Virus record (IMG/VR): IMGVR_UViG_3300009159_000064
Coordinates: 5,253 to 69,252 of that record
DNA: 64,000 nucleotides
Reading direction: 5' to 3' (one strand)
From: a virus
Every line of letters starts with the position of its first letter. Position 1 is the first letter of the stretch. Below, piece after piece: positions 34,839 to 43,835 of this stretch. Under the pieces are notes generated by a model. The model was not told the origin of the DNA and did no database searches. It was given only the letters and a program-made list of their open reading frames with translations. The position numbers were made by a program, and so were the translations under genes.

Positions 34839-35239
34839 GTTTCTTTCTCCACATATAAAGTTTTAACTTTTTCTTGAATTTCTTCATTGTCCCATGCTAA
34901 ACCAAGTAATTTATCTTCACTGAGTACTTCAATCACTTCTTTAACAGTATCCCAATGACCATTCTCTTTTGCCCAAGCTTCAGCTGCTGAGGTATTAAAT
35001 GTTTTGGAAACACGTCGCTCTCTTTTAATCTCAAAACCTGAAGTGTTTATCCAAAGGTTGCCTTTGTCGTCAGGCTTTCCGTGAGCAATGAGCATGTCAT
35101 TTAATTCTTTTTTGTAAGCATCTACACGCTTTTGTGTAGTCTCTAACATTGTTTTATGATTTTGAAACTCAGTAACTAATTTAACAGCATACGCTTCATC
35201 AAAAGTTGACTCTGGTTTTTCTCTAACTATTTTGTCCAT
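34820..35239 (-). CDS. Hypothetical protein
   Basis: Coiled-coil N-terminus; replication operon. Confidence 0.75.
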   Translation of the reverse strand: MDKIVREKPESTFDEAYAVKLVTEFQNHKTMLETTQKRVDAYKKELNDMLIAHGKPDDKGNLWINTSGFEIKRERRVSKTFNTSAAEAWAKENGHWDTVKEVIEVLSEDKLLGLAWDNEEIQEKVKTLYVEKETWALKA

Positions 35240-35240
35240 C

Positions 35241-36785
35241 TCATACCTCACTGTTGGTTATAAACTCGGATAAAGCACCTAATGTAAGTTTGTAGTCACC
35301 TTTAACATCGTAACCACCATCTATAAATGCTTTATTGATATTTCTCTTCTCTTGCAACATTTCATATTGTCTTTCCTCAATGCTACCCTTCATAACGAAA
35401 GAAACAACATTGACGTGTGGAAATTTTGAAGACAATCTGATAATACGTGCTTCTCTTTGATCTAGTTTGCCAGCAGACCAAGGAAGGTCATAAGAAATAA
35501 GGTAGTTAGCAACTGGTAGATCTACACCATAGCCACCTGCATCTGAAGATAAAAACAATCTAACATTTGGGTCTTGAGAAAATTGCTGTTTGGAGTTGTC
35601 TCTATCTAGCATACTCATTCCTCCCATAAACAAAACGCTTCTTGCAACGTGTTTAGTGGCTTCTTGAATAAGTCGTAAGTTCTCTTTAAAGAAGGAGAAG
35701 AGAACAACTTTATTAGCTGGGTTCTGTTCTAGTACATCTTCTATGTACTGTATCACTGCTTCTAACTTAGGTGTACCTGATGTGGGTGGCAAGATTCCTT
35801 GATTGATTAATTTGTTAGCGTACTCACTTCCATGAGTATTGGTTGCATCTGCATATTGTTTTGCAGACCAATGAACTAAGGATGGGTTGTCACAAAACAT
35901 TCTAAGGACAATTAGTTTTGACATGATGTCACCTTGGGCTTCTTTATTTCCCGATGATCCATAATAGTGACTCCAGATATCAAAACTTCTACCTGCCTGC
36001 GTCATAGCTTTTTGAATGGAGTTCAGTAAATCATTAGCTATCTTTCTATACACAACTGCACCAGCAGTGTCAAAAGGAACGGGTATTACTTGTTGTATAA
36101 CTTGTGGCAATTGATCGGCAATGTCTTCTCTAGTTTTGCGAATCATTACCCCTTCCATGCTCTGGTGTAACCGTTTTAGGTTACGGTATCTATTTGGCTT
36201 ACCATAGTGATCTCGGACAATAAAAGTCCTATCAAACACATCTACTTTGCCAAGAACTTTGGGGTCAACAAACTCCATAATAGAAAACAGTTCTTCTGGT
36301 TTGTTCTCAATTGGCTGTCCTGTCAAAGCAAACCTGTAGTGATACCTCTTGCCAATGCGCTTTATTAAACGTGACCTTCTTGCTTTGGCAGATTTGATAA
36401 TGGTTGCTTCATCTACAACTATGGCATCAAAGGTATGTTTGTCAAAGTCAGCTATATCGTTCTTTAAAGATTCGGAATTGACAATAACATAAGTGGAACT
36501 AAGTGAGGTTCTCCATTGTTTCTTGCGAGTGCTGATTGTACCATCAATGACCGTGCACGAAGAATCCGTAAAGCGTTTTATCTCACGCTCCCATTGATAT
36601 TTTAGGGAAGACGGAACAACAATCAATGTTTTCTTTATTTCTTGTTGATCTTTCAAAGACTCTAGTGCGGAAAGAGTTGTAATGGTCTTACCAGCGCCCA
36701 TGACTAAGGCCAATAGCATTTGACCTCTGTCAACCATTGAGTCTGAAGCTTCCTGCTGAAAAGGGTATAAGTTACCTTTAAACAT
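35241..36785 (-). CDS. SNF2-family helicase
   Basis: MGAGKT, VVDEAT, LTGQPIEN, GGYGVDL, QREARIIR. Confidence 0.9.
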   Translation of the reverse strand: MFKGNLYPFQQEASDSMVDRGQMLLALVMGAGKTITTLSALESLKDQQEIKKTLIVVPSSLKYQWEREIKRFTDSSCTVIDGTISTRKKQWRTSLSSTYVIVNSESLKNDIADFDKHTFDAIVVDEATIIKSAKARRSRLIKRIGKRYHYRFALTGQPIENKPEELFSIMEFVDPKVLGKVDVFDRTFIVRDHYGKPNRYRNLKRLHQSMEGVMIRKTREDIADQLPQVIQQVIPVPFDTAGAVVYRKIANDLLNSIQKAMTQAGRSFDIWSHYYGSSGNKEAQGDIMSKLIVLRMFCDNPSLVHWSAKQYADATNTHGSEYANKLINQGILPPTSGTPKLEAVIQYIEDVLEQNPANKVVLFSFFKENLRLIQEATKHVARSVLFMGGMSMLDRDNSKQQFSQDPNVRLFLSSDAGGYGVDLPVANYLISYDLPWSAGKLDQREARIIRLSSKFPHVNVVSFVMKGSIEERQYEMLQEKRNINKAFIDGGYDVKGDYKLTLGALSEFITNSEV

Positions 36786-37698
36786 GTAACCACCATGGAA
36801 ACACCGATGCTTTAGAAATAGCTTCATGTATCTCTGAGTCTGTCATATCACCAATATCTTTTGCTGTTGTGTGAGCATACTTCAACCATAGTACTGGCTG
36901 TCTAAATGCTGGAAGACTTAAATATAATTTTTGGGCAGAAGCAATACCAGCGCTGTCATTATCTAATGCAATTATAAGTTTGTTTACATGATAGGACATC
37001 AACTCTATTTGCTTCTTACTAACATGCGCACCAAACGAAGCAATACCACAACAACCACTAACGGCAGTATGGATGCGCACAACATCAAGGGGAGACTCAA
37101 CCAAGATGCATGTATCACAATCCGCTTTGTCCATACCGAATAAGGTATTGGATTTAATAACACCAACAGGGTAGTTTAAAACTTTATCCTTTGATTTAGT
37201 CTGCCAACCCAATAGTTCTCCAAGTGGTGACACTATTGGTATTATCCATGCGTTATCTTTCGCATCCCATCTAATGCCATACCTGCGTATTGCTTCTCTA
37301 TCTAGATTGCGAGATGTCAACATGTCATCGGAGGGCACTTGAAACTTACTGAAAGTAAACCAGTCAACTTCGGCTGTAGGTTTCTCAACAGATATTGGGT
37401 TTAATAATCGAGACAACCCTCCTTGAATAAGAAATTCGTGTACTGCAACAATAGAATCAGGTTCTCCAGTAAGGTCAGAAACCAAATGAGATAGTGTGCC
37501 ACGAGCACCACATGAGTAACATAACCATAAACCGCTTGAAGCATTCATGGACCATGATGGCGATCTATCTGCTTTGCCAGTGTTCTTTAGGTGAACTGGG
37601 CAACGTGCAGATATCTCAGTATCACCTACTCGTACAACATCAACTCCTAGTTGCCTAAGAACTTCTGCAAGATCAGTAGTACCATGAATCGCTGTCAT
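36778..37698 (-). CDS. DNA primase (Zn finger + TOPRIM)
   Basis: CPVH...CYSCG; VESPLD; ALDNDSAG; KDIGDM; start uncertain. Confidence 0.9.
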   Translation of the reverse strand: MTAIHGTTDLAEVLRQLGVDVVRVGDTEISARCPVHLKNTGKADRSPSWSMNASSGLWLCYSCGARGTLSHLVSDLTGEPDSIVAVHEFLIQGGLSRLLNPISVEKPTAEVDWFTFSKFQVPSDDMLTSRNLDREAIRRYGIRWDAKDNAWIIPIVSPLGELLGWQTKSKDKVLNYPVGVIKSNTLFGMDKADCDTCILVESPLDVVRIHTAVSGCCGIASFGAHVSKKQIELMSYHVNKLIIALDNDSAGIASAQKLYLSLPAFRQPVLWLKYAHTTAKDIGDMTDSEIHEAISKASVFPWWLHV

Positions 37699-38932
37699 CA
37701 TTATCATCATCCTCTCCAACCTCTGTAAAGTCCATGTTATTCCAATCCCAGTTAATTCTGATCTCACCTAATGGAGCAGAACGAGCAAGTACTACACGGA
37801 TAATAGATTGATTGTCTATGTCAGGATCAGACTCCACACCAACGATTAGGTCTGAGTCTTGGGCAAAAGAAGATGTGTATCCAATTGAATCAGCAGTGAT
37901 GCGCCTTGACTTCTTGTTACCTAACTTCCAAGACAGTACCTGTGTTGTCCCAATGACTGGAATGTCAGAATTTTGTGCAAGTCGCTTAAGTGAGCGAGTG
38001 ATGTTAGTTAATGCTTGAGGAGATCCTTTGGGTTCACCATTCTCATCGTCCATTAAGTAAACACCGTCAACAAATAAGATGTCGGGCTTAAACTCTTTTA
38101 CCTTTGCGGCAAGCGCACTAACCGTTGTCAGAGATGATGTATCTTCTGTAACAATAAATGGGTGCATGTTCTTTCTCATGCGTAAGGTGTCCGTTATCTT
38201 TGCTAGTTCATTATTGGTGAGTGAACCACGAAGAATATTTGTGTACGAGACTTTAGAAACAATTGCGTCGTAACGTGCTGCTTGCTCTTCTGCTGACATT
38301 TCAAACGATACAAATAACGGAGATTTTCCGTGAAGGTGAGCAGCGTTAGCCATGATTAGCGTCATCAATGACTTACCCTTTTTAGCTTCACCTACAAAGG
38401 TAATCAACTGCTGTGGTCTAAAGCCAGATGTTATTCTGTCAAGACCCAGTAACCCAGTAGGTATACCACGTAAGGCATTAGGTGTACTTTGTAATTCTTT
38501 GTACTTGTCAACTCGTTGTTCCCAAGTGTCAATCAAGTTAATATCACGAAGTCGTGCAGTCTCTGCTGAGGCTAACTGCACACCCTTAGATAATTCAAGA
38601 AGTGCTTTTGCTGTATCCCCTGATTCCAAAGATGGTACAGCTAAAGCCATCGCCTCTAGCAAATTGCGATGTCTGTATGAGTTATAAACCTCATCAATTA
38701 GCGCAGTGAATGGTTCTTCTTCCGCACTGATTAAACGAATATCACCAAACTCTTGGCTTAGTGCACGCTTTGTTGGCACCTCTCCATGATCTCGCCAAAA
38801 GGTGACAACCCATGACCATACCTTTGACCACTCTTTGGTAAAGTGATCTTCTTTAACTCCAGACTTTAAAGCAACAGTTAAGTCTTTAGTTTGTATTACC
38901 TTGCTGATTAAGAGATGTTCTGCACTAGCCAT
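37673..38932 (-). CDS. dnaB: DnaB-like replicative helicase
   Basis: GIPTG...GEAKKGKS, SFEMS, FVDGVYLM, QDSD. Confidence 0.9.
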   Translation of the reverse strand: MASAEHLLISKVIQTKDLTVALKSGVKEDHFTKEWSKVWSWVVTFWRDHGEVPTKRALSQEFGDIRLISAEEEPFTALIDEVYNSYRHRNLLEAMALAVPSLESGDTAKALLELSKGVQLASAETARLRDINLIDTWEQRVDKYKELQSTPNALRGIPTGLLGLDRITSGFRPQQLITFVGEAKKGKSLMTLIMANAAHLHGKSPLFVSFEMSAEEQAARYDAIVSKVSYTNILRGSLTNNELAKITDTLRMRKNMHPFIVTEDTSSLTTVSALAAKVKEFKPDILFVDGVYLMDDENGEPKGSPQALTNITRSLKRLAQNSDIPVIGTTQVLSWKLGNKKSRRITADSIGYTSSFAQDSDLIVGVESDPDIDNQSIIRVVLARSAPLGEIRINWDWNNMDFTEVGEDDDNDDSDSWYY

Positions 38933-39372
38933 TATGCTGACCACGCAGTCTTAGTAGAAACAACTGTTGACCTAAACCCAATAATCTTTGCGTGCTCTTC
39001 ATCAGATGTGTACACCTTCTTTATTGATGGAAAAAATCTTAAGTCGTGTGCTAGTTCTTCAATCGTTGCGTAGGCAAAAACTGAAGTAGATATCCCTTTT
39101 CTAACTAACCACTTCTCAATACTGTCAACAAGATACCCTGGCAATAGAGTATAAACAACTATCCCTACCTGATATCTACTAATTAAATCAATAGCATGTT
39201 TGATAGGAACATCATTAGTCTGCCATTGTGCTAGATACTGGTCCCAGTTCTTACCAGCTTGAGCAACAATTGATCTTGCTTTTTTTATACCTGTAGGTTC
39301 TGAAGCTAGTACTCCCTCAAACATTGTGGCTTGAGATATCGGAGAAAAATCAGATAGGTCATTCCCCTGCAT
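38932..39372 (-). CDS. Degenerate HAD-fold hypothetical protein
   Basis: MFEGVLA ... VYTSD; similar layout to 19562-20047. Confidence 0.45.
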   Translation of the reverse strand: MQGNDLSDFSPISQATMFEGVLASEPTGIKKARSIVAQAGKNWDQYLAQWQTNDVPIKHAIDLISRYQVGIVVYTLLPGYLVDSIEKWLVRKGISTSVFAYATIEELAHDLRFFPSIKKVYTSDEEHAKIIGFRSTVVSTKTAWSA

Positions 39373-40005
39373 AATGCTCCATTGCACGATAGTCCTTGCC
39401 CAAGAACGGCAAAACACAACAGCACTCACTTAAAATTGACTTAACACGAGGTCCGTAAATATCGCTTAAACGCGATAATGGAATTTCGCTAGTGATGATC
39501 GTTATCAACTGCTGTTCGTATCTGCTGTTCAGCATTGACGTAATCGCTTTCTTTGTAAAGTCGGTCATTCTTTCTGAACCTAAGTTGTCCAACACTAAAA
39601 TGTCATAAACAGAGTGAATGTACTTAAGCATGTGCTCATCTCCGTACATCTCTGAAGCTCGTGGTCTGGATTCATCTCGTCATAGGATGCTTCTACAAAC
39701 TTTTCTGCTGTAATAAAGAAGCCACTTAAAAAGTTGTTTAGTACAACTTCCCTAAGCACTCCGCAAGCAACATGAGTTTTACCACTGCCAGAACCGCCAA
39801 ACAAATACAAACCTTCGCCACATTCTCTATTGTGTTCAATGTTGTCAATCCACTGTTGAGAGTATGTAACAACATCGGGACTACCTAATTTGGTGTCATA
39901 ATCATTTAATGTTTTTTTAACAAACCGTTTGGGTATGTGCGCATTTTTAAGTCGCTCTTCAGGTTGCCTATTGCGCCAGTACTTGGCAGATCTCCACTCA
40001 GTCAT
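39359..40005 (-). CDS. dnaC: DnaC/IstB-like helicase loader ATPase, split by a 1-nt frameshift near 39655
   Basis: Walker A GGSGSGKT in 39595-40005; Walker B LVLDNLG and GKDYR in 39359-39649. Confidence 0.85.
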
Positions 40006-40399
40006 TACTACCCCTTTTCAGTCTCTTGTCCACAGTGTATTCCGAGTAATCAAATTTTGCTATCGGAGTGTCAACTTTCTTCTTTAATGAATCTAACCTC
40101 GATGCAAAGCCTTTCCAAGTAGGAACATCTTGGGGTAACGGAGTCTGCTTTATCTCATGAGCAAACATGTCAATCATTTTGTAAATCTGCTCAACAGTTA
40201 CTCCCTTGCTTTTTAGAGTTTTAAAGATTTTCATCAAAGCTATGCCGTTGATTGGAGCATTCAAAGTCATGGCTGACCCTGTAGTCACATCTCTGAAGTA
40301 GTTAACCATCCCACCGTTGTACGGTTTCTTCTCAACAGGAAATTTAATAACAGGTTCATCTGCTCCTATAGTTTTGCCGCCCCAATCGTCATTCTTCAT
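39998..40399 (-). CDS. Hypothetical protein
   Basis: Lies between initiator and DnaC; start MKNDDW. Confidence 0.7.
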   Translation of the reverse strand: MKNDDWGGKTIGADEPVIKFPVEKKPYNGGMVNYFRDVTTGSAMTLNAPINGIALMKIFKTLKSKGVTVEQIYKMIDMFAHEIKQTPLPQDVPTWKGFASRLDSLKKKVDTPIAKFDYSEYTVDKRLKRGSND

Positions 40400-40556
40400 T
40401 CCAAGTAGGCTTTCCTTTTGGACCAACAAAACGAACTCTAATTTTTTTACCGTTTTCTACTGGGGTTAAAGACATCCGTGAAGACAATACTTCCTTGCCC
40501 TTTTCATTTAATTCTTTGATGCTGTACTCCCACATCCATACCATTCCTTTTGCCAT
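40389..40556 (-). CDS. Small hypothetical protein
   Basis: AGGAG RBS before MAKGM. Confidence 0.65.
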   Translation of the reverse strand: MAKGMVWMWEYSIKELNEKGKEVLSSRMSLTPVENGKKIRVRFVGPKGKPTWNEE

Positions 40557-40558
40557 GA

Positions 40559-41137
40559 TCAAACTCTCCTGTCGTTTATACGAAGTTGCTGTGCCCAACG
40601 AGTGTCCGTTGAGTATAGATCCAGTTGCGTAAGTTTTTTAGAACTTGCTTTTTTACTTTTTTCATTCTTAGTATTATTGTTCTCTCTTATTTGGGTGACA
40701 CTGGAGTCACTCAATATGAGTGTCTCTGGAGTCACCACAGTAGTGTCCCTGGAGACACCCCTCAGACCCCCAGTGTCTCTGGAGTCACCCCCATTAAGTA
40801 GTGCTTCTGCGGCTGCCGTATTGTACGTAATTACGTACACATTTGGCATGTTCTTTCCGTATCTACCCATCTTTACAGTCTTGCGGATTACTCCAATTTC
40901 AACAAGTCTGTGCATAGCCCGAATAACAGTTCGGCGGTTATACCCAGTGTCTCTTGCAAGAACATCGTAAGTGGTAGATAAAGTTTGATCGTGAGTATTC
41001 ATGTAAACAATTGCGCATGTCAAAACATGTAAAGCAACAGAATCCCCTTTCATATGTTTAACTACCCAACTAGGTATAGATACCCAAAATCCTCCTAGTT
41101 GTGTATTTTCTCCAGTGTGCACTTTTTTTATTCCCAT
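40559..41137 (-). CDS. Winged-HTH replication initiator-like protein
   Basis: TYDVLARDTGYNRRTVIRAMHRLVEIGVI...NVY; internal iterons; upstream of dnaC/dnaB. Confidence 0.75.
   Translation of the reverse strand: MGIKKVHTGENTQLGGFWVSIPSWVVKHMKGDSVALHVLTCAIVYMNTHDQTLSTTYDVLARDTGYNRRTVIRAMHRLVEIGVIRKTVKMGRYGKNMPNVYVITYNTAAAEALLNGGDSRDTGGLRGVSRDTTVVTPETLILSDSSVTQIRENNNTKNEKSKKASSKKLTQLDLYSTDTRWAQQLRINDRRV
40695..40788. repeat. Four 16-bp iteron-like repeats (putative origin)
   Basis: GTGWCHCTGGAGWCAC at 40695, 40720, 40743, 40773, next to an AT-rich tract (about 40630-40692). Confidence 0.8.
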
Positions 41138-41139
41138 AT

Positions 41140-41171
41140 GGTTGTTTCCTCTCTGATAGTCATGTTATGCT
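41140..41171 (+). promoter_or_regulatory. Plus-strand promoter divergent from the initiator gene
   Basis: GG-TTGTTT-N18-TATGCT with TG extension; same consensus as the early promoters. Confidence 0.55.
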
Positions 41172-41177
41172 CGTATT

Positions 41178-41291
41178 ACGTAAACAGTTCCCTTCTCCTG
41201 TTTACTATTGCGAGTTACTTAGTAACTGCGCAAGGTTCATATTGTGGTGGGGCGCTGGTTACCCTTCTTTATCGGCGCTCCACCCTGAACT
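41178..41291 (+). ncRNA. Candidate antisense sRNA with three hairpins
   Basis: Stems 41180-41205, 41208-41233, 41246-41284; G-U pairs favour + strand; two CCCUUCU loops. Confidence 0.5.
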
Positions 41292-41297
41292 ACTCGT

Positions 41298-41927
41298 TCA
41301 GCAATATGCTGATTTGTTCAAGAACTCCAAAACAGTTTCTTTGTCTCCAACAACTGTGTTTGCTTCTTCACCATGTACTTCAGTAAGCACCCAGAAGCTT
41401 TTAAAGATCGTTGGGGCTACATCCTGTGTAGGTAAAGGGGTATCAGCTTTTGTCGCTTCCTGGGGCTTCCTAGGGGCCTCTGGAAGGTCATTAGCTTCTT
41501 GATTGCTTACTAGAAGCGGAACCAAGCCATTGCACAAATCAAGAGACTCCATGCCTAAAGAATTGGCATAGGTTATTAGCTCGTACACAAGAGCAGTAGG
41601 TTCACCAGTGCTCACTTCTTCGTCCCACAGAACAAGTACAGAAAAATGACCGTATCCATCACAAGCGTCTTTAACAAGGTTGTCAACTTTAAGAACACGT
41701 TGAGCCGCTGCTTCTACTTTAGGGTGTACTTTCCCGTCTTCATGCATGATAGAAAATTCAATCTCGTGCGAAATCAACCAATCTAAAACTCGTGCTTGAC
41801 CATCAGTTGGCTTACCAGTCCACAGATAAACAAACTCATCTGCGATTGCTGAAATATCTGATAACCCAGTTTCAATGACATTAGCACTAGCGTTGCCTGT
41901 ACCACCAATTATGTAATACCTTCTCAT
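41298..41927 (-). CDS. Hypothetical alpha/beta protein
   Basis: YYIIGGTGNA glycine loop; AGGAG RBS. Confidence 0.75.
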   Translation of the reverse strand: MRRYYIIGGTGNASANVIETGLSDISAIADEFVYLWTGKPTDGQARVLDWLISHEIEFSIMHEDGKVHPKVEAAAQRVLKVDNLVKDACDGYGHFSVLVLWDEEVSTGEPTALVYELITYANSLGMESLDLCNGLVPLLVSNQEANDLPEAPRKPQEATKADTPLPTQDVAPTIFKSFWVLTEVHGEEANTVVGDKETVLEFLNKSAYC

Positions 41928-41943
41928 TTTATTCTCCTATTGT

Positions 41944-42198
41944 TTATTTTAAAGACTTGTGATGTGCCATATCCCCTAGATAAGTTACGCAACGTAGTAC
42001 GGTGTGACAAAGCCCAGCAAGGGTTGCTATAACTAATCCACCAATCCACATATTGTCAATGTCTACAATGAAAGAAGCTCCGTATGACATTGCAACTCCA
42101 GCAAGAACCTTAACCCAAGGCATTGCTTCTTTAGGCAAAAGTAAATCAACAATTTGTAACACTTTGTAAACGGCTAGTGCACCTAGTATGTAGTTCAT
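41944..42198 (-). CDS. Small membrane protein (holin-like)
   Basis: Three hydrophobic segments, basic C-terminus. Confidence 0.55.
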   Translation of the reverse strand: MNYILGALAVYKVLQIVDLLLPKEAMPWVKVLAGVAMSYGASFIVDIDNMWIGGLVIATLAGLCHTVLRCVTYLGDMAHHKSLK

Positions 42199-43835
42199 GT
42201 TTCTCCTGGGATCCAATCGTAGTTAATTGCTGTGTCTATGGATGTGTCCAGTAGCATAGTGACTGGGAATAGATTTGGCAACAACCTAGTAATTGTTTCT
42301 TGAGTTTTTGTACGGTTGGGCGAATAAGTAGAATAAGATGCGTATTGGCTACCAGACCATTGATGATCTGCCAAGTTGTTTTGATAAACAAAACCGCCAA
42401 AGTCTGAGTCCCCATTAAAGAAGTTGCCGTAAGTATTAGGTTCTAACATCCATTCTGATACCACTGTTGATTGCCCAGCACCTAGTCCAAGGATAAGTAC
42501 TGGAAAGTACGTAGCAGTAGTTGATATGTTTGGGTTTAATATTACTTTCCTACCTGTAGGAGATAAGTTGGTTGCCACTACTTGATTAGTCTGAGAAGTT
42601 GTTGCCCAATTAGACCAAGAGGTAGATGCAGAAGCATATTGTGCTCCCCAAATAAAACCAGCAGAAGCTGTTGTGATTTGAATAGATGACCAGTATTCGG
42701 TGTCAGCTTTTATAGGAACACCAACTGTTGACAACAAGGAAAATTGAGCTGAGGCACTTCCTGTATTAGATACAGTTATGTATTTACCATTTTTGGTATA
42801 ACTAACTGAAGCGGTCTGAGATGATAATTCCCATTTCTTAGTTCCAGATTCTATTACAAATAAAGAGTCAGCAATAAGGTTTGCTTTGCCAGCATGCACA
42901 TTAAATTTATAACGAGGGCTTGAAGTAGACTTAACAACGTCCACCTCAGATCCACTGATAGCAATTAAAGTCTGTTTAACAGCATCTAGCGTACCTTTAC
43001 GTTTACGGTAATAAGTAAGGTCTTTAAGTAATTGCCTTACCCTTGATGTACCTAAATCTTGAGGGGTAACCTCTAATCCAAACATCTTTGATAGTTGTTC
43101 AATGGACTCAGCCTCAGTAACTTCTGGGTCATACTGCTTAACAACAGAATCAATTAGTGTTCTAGTTCTATCAAACTCAAAACCAAATATATCTAAAAAG
43201 CGATATAGGTAGCCTCTGTTCAAACCTTCTGGGTCTGTGTCTCTTCCATAGATGTCTTGTTGACGATGATTAGATGGGATACGACTCCACAGAGAATCCG
43301 TAGTTTGATGTGTAAAAGGAACTAACTCTTGTAATGTGGCAACTCTTTCATACCAATTAACTCCAGTGCTGCCAGTTCCATTTTGATTCCAATGCAAGAA
43401 CAAAGAATAGTACGCCCACTGTCCAGATGGCAAATTAGTGTGAGTATACGAAAAAGTAGTGTCACTAAATATTTGCCTTTTTATTAATATTCCATCAGCA
43501 ACAGTTTCAGGTGCCCCAGTTGACGAATATACAATTACTACTCCTTGTATATTTGTTTGTGTTGCTACATTTAATGCAGGGTTTGTTATTAAAAAGTTAG
43601 ACCAGGATAGTTGTACTGAAGTATGAGTTGTAGCTATTGCCTCAAAAGCAGCTGTTACAACGAGAGCGCCAACTGGGGCTATGAAGCCATCAGCACGTAA
43701 TGAACTATCACTATCAACACGTGTTAATCCTGTTGGAGCATCAGTTTCAGTTCCACGAACATAAGAACCAAACGGGTTAGCGTCAGGGCTAGCGCCTGTA
43801 TCAACTCGTCGTATTCTAAAAGATTTATACGCCAC
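42195..43835 (-). CDS. Baseplate wedge/tail protein (P2 gpI-like core)
   Basis: LYRFLDIFGFEFD...YRKRKGT; follows baseplate J. Confidence 0.75.
   Translation of the reverse strand: MAYKSFRIRRVDTGASPDANPFGSYVRGTETDAPTGLTRVDSDSSLRADGFIAPVGALVVTAAFEAIATTHTSVQLSWSNFLITNPALNVATQTNIQGVVIVYSSTGAPETVADGILIKRQIFSDTTFSYTHTNLPSGQWAYYSLFLHWNQNGTGSTGVNWYERVATLQELVPFTHQTTDSLWSRIPSNHRQQDIYGRDTDPEGLNRGYLYRFLDIFGFEFDRTRTLIDSVVKQYDPEVTEAESIEQLSKMFGLEVTPQDLGTSRVRQLLKDLTYYRKRKGTLDAVKQTLIAISGSEVDVVKSTSSPRYKFNVHAGKANLIADSLFVIESGTKKWELSSQTASVSYTKNGKYITVSNTGSASAQFSLLSTVGVPIKADTEYWSSIQITTASAGFIWGAQYASASTSWSNWATTSQTNQVVATNLSPTGRKVILNPNISTTATYFPVLILGLGAGQSTVVSEWMLEPNTYGNFFNGDSDFGGFVYQNNLADHQWSGSQYASYSTYSPNRTKTQETITRLLPNLFPVTMLLDTSIDTAINYDWIPGET

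Noticed and set aside
41101-41502. 133-aa + strand ORF over the hairpin region
   Set aside because: Overlaps two minus-strand genes, has implausible composition and starts upstream of the predicted promoter
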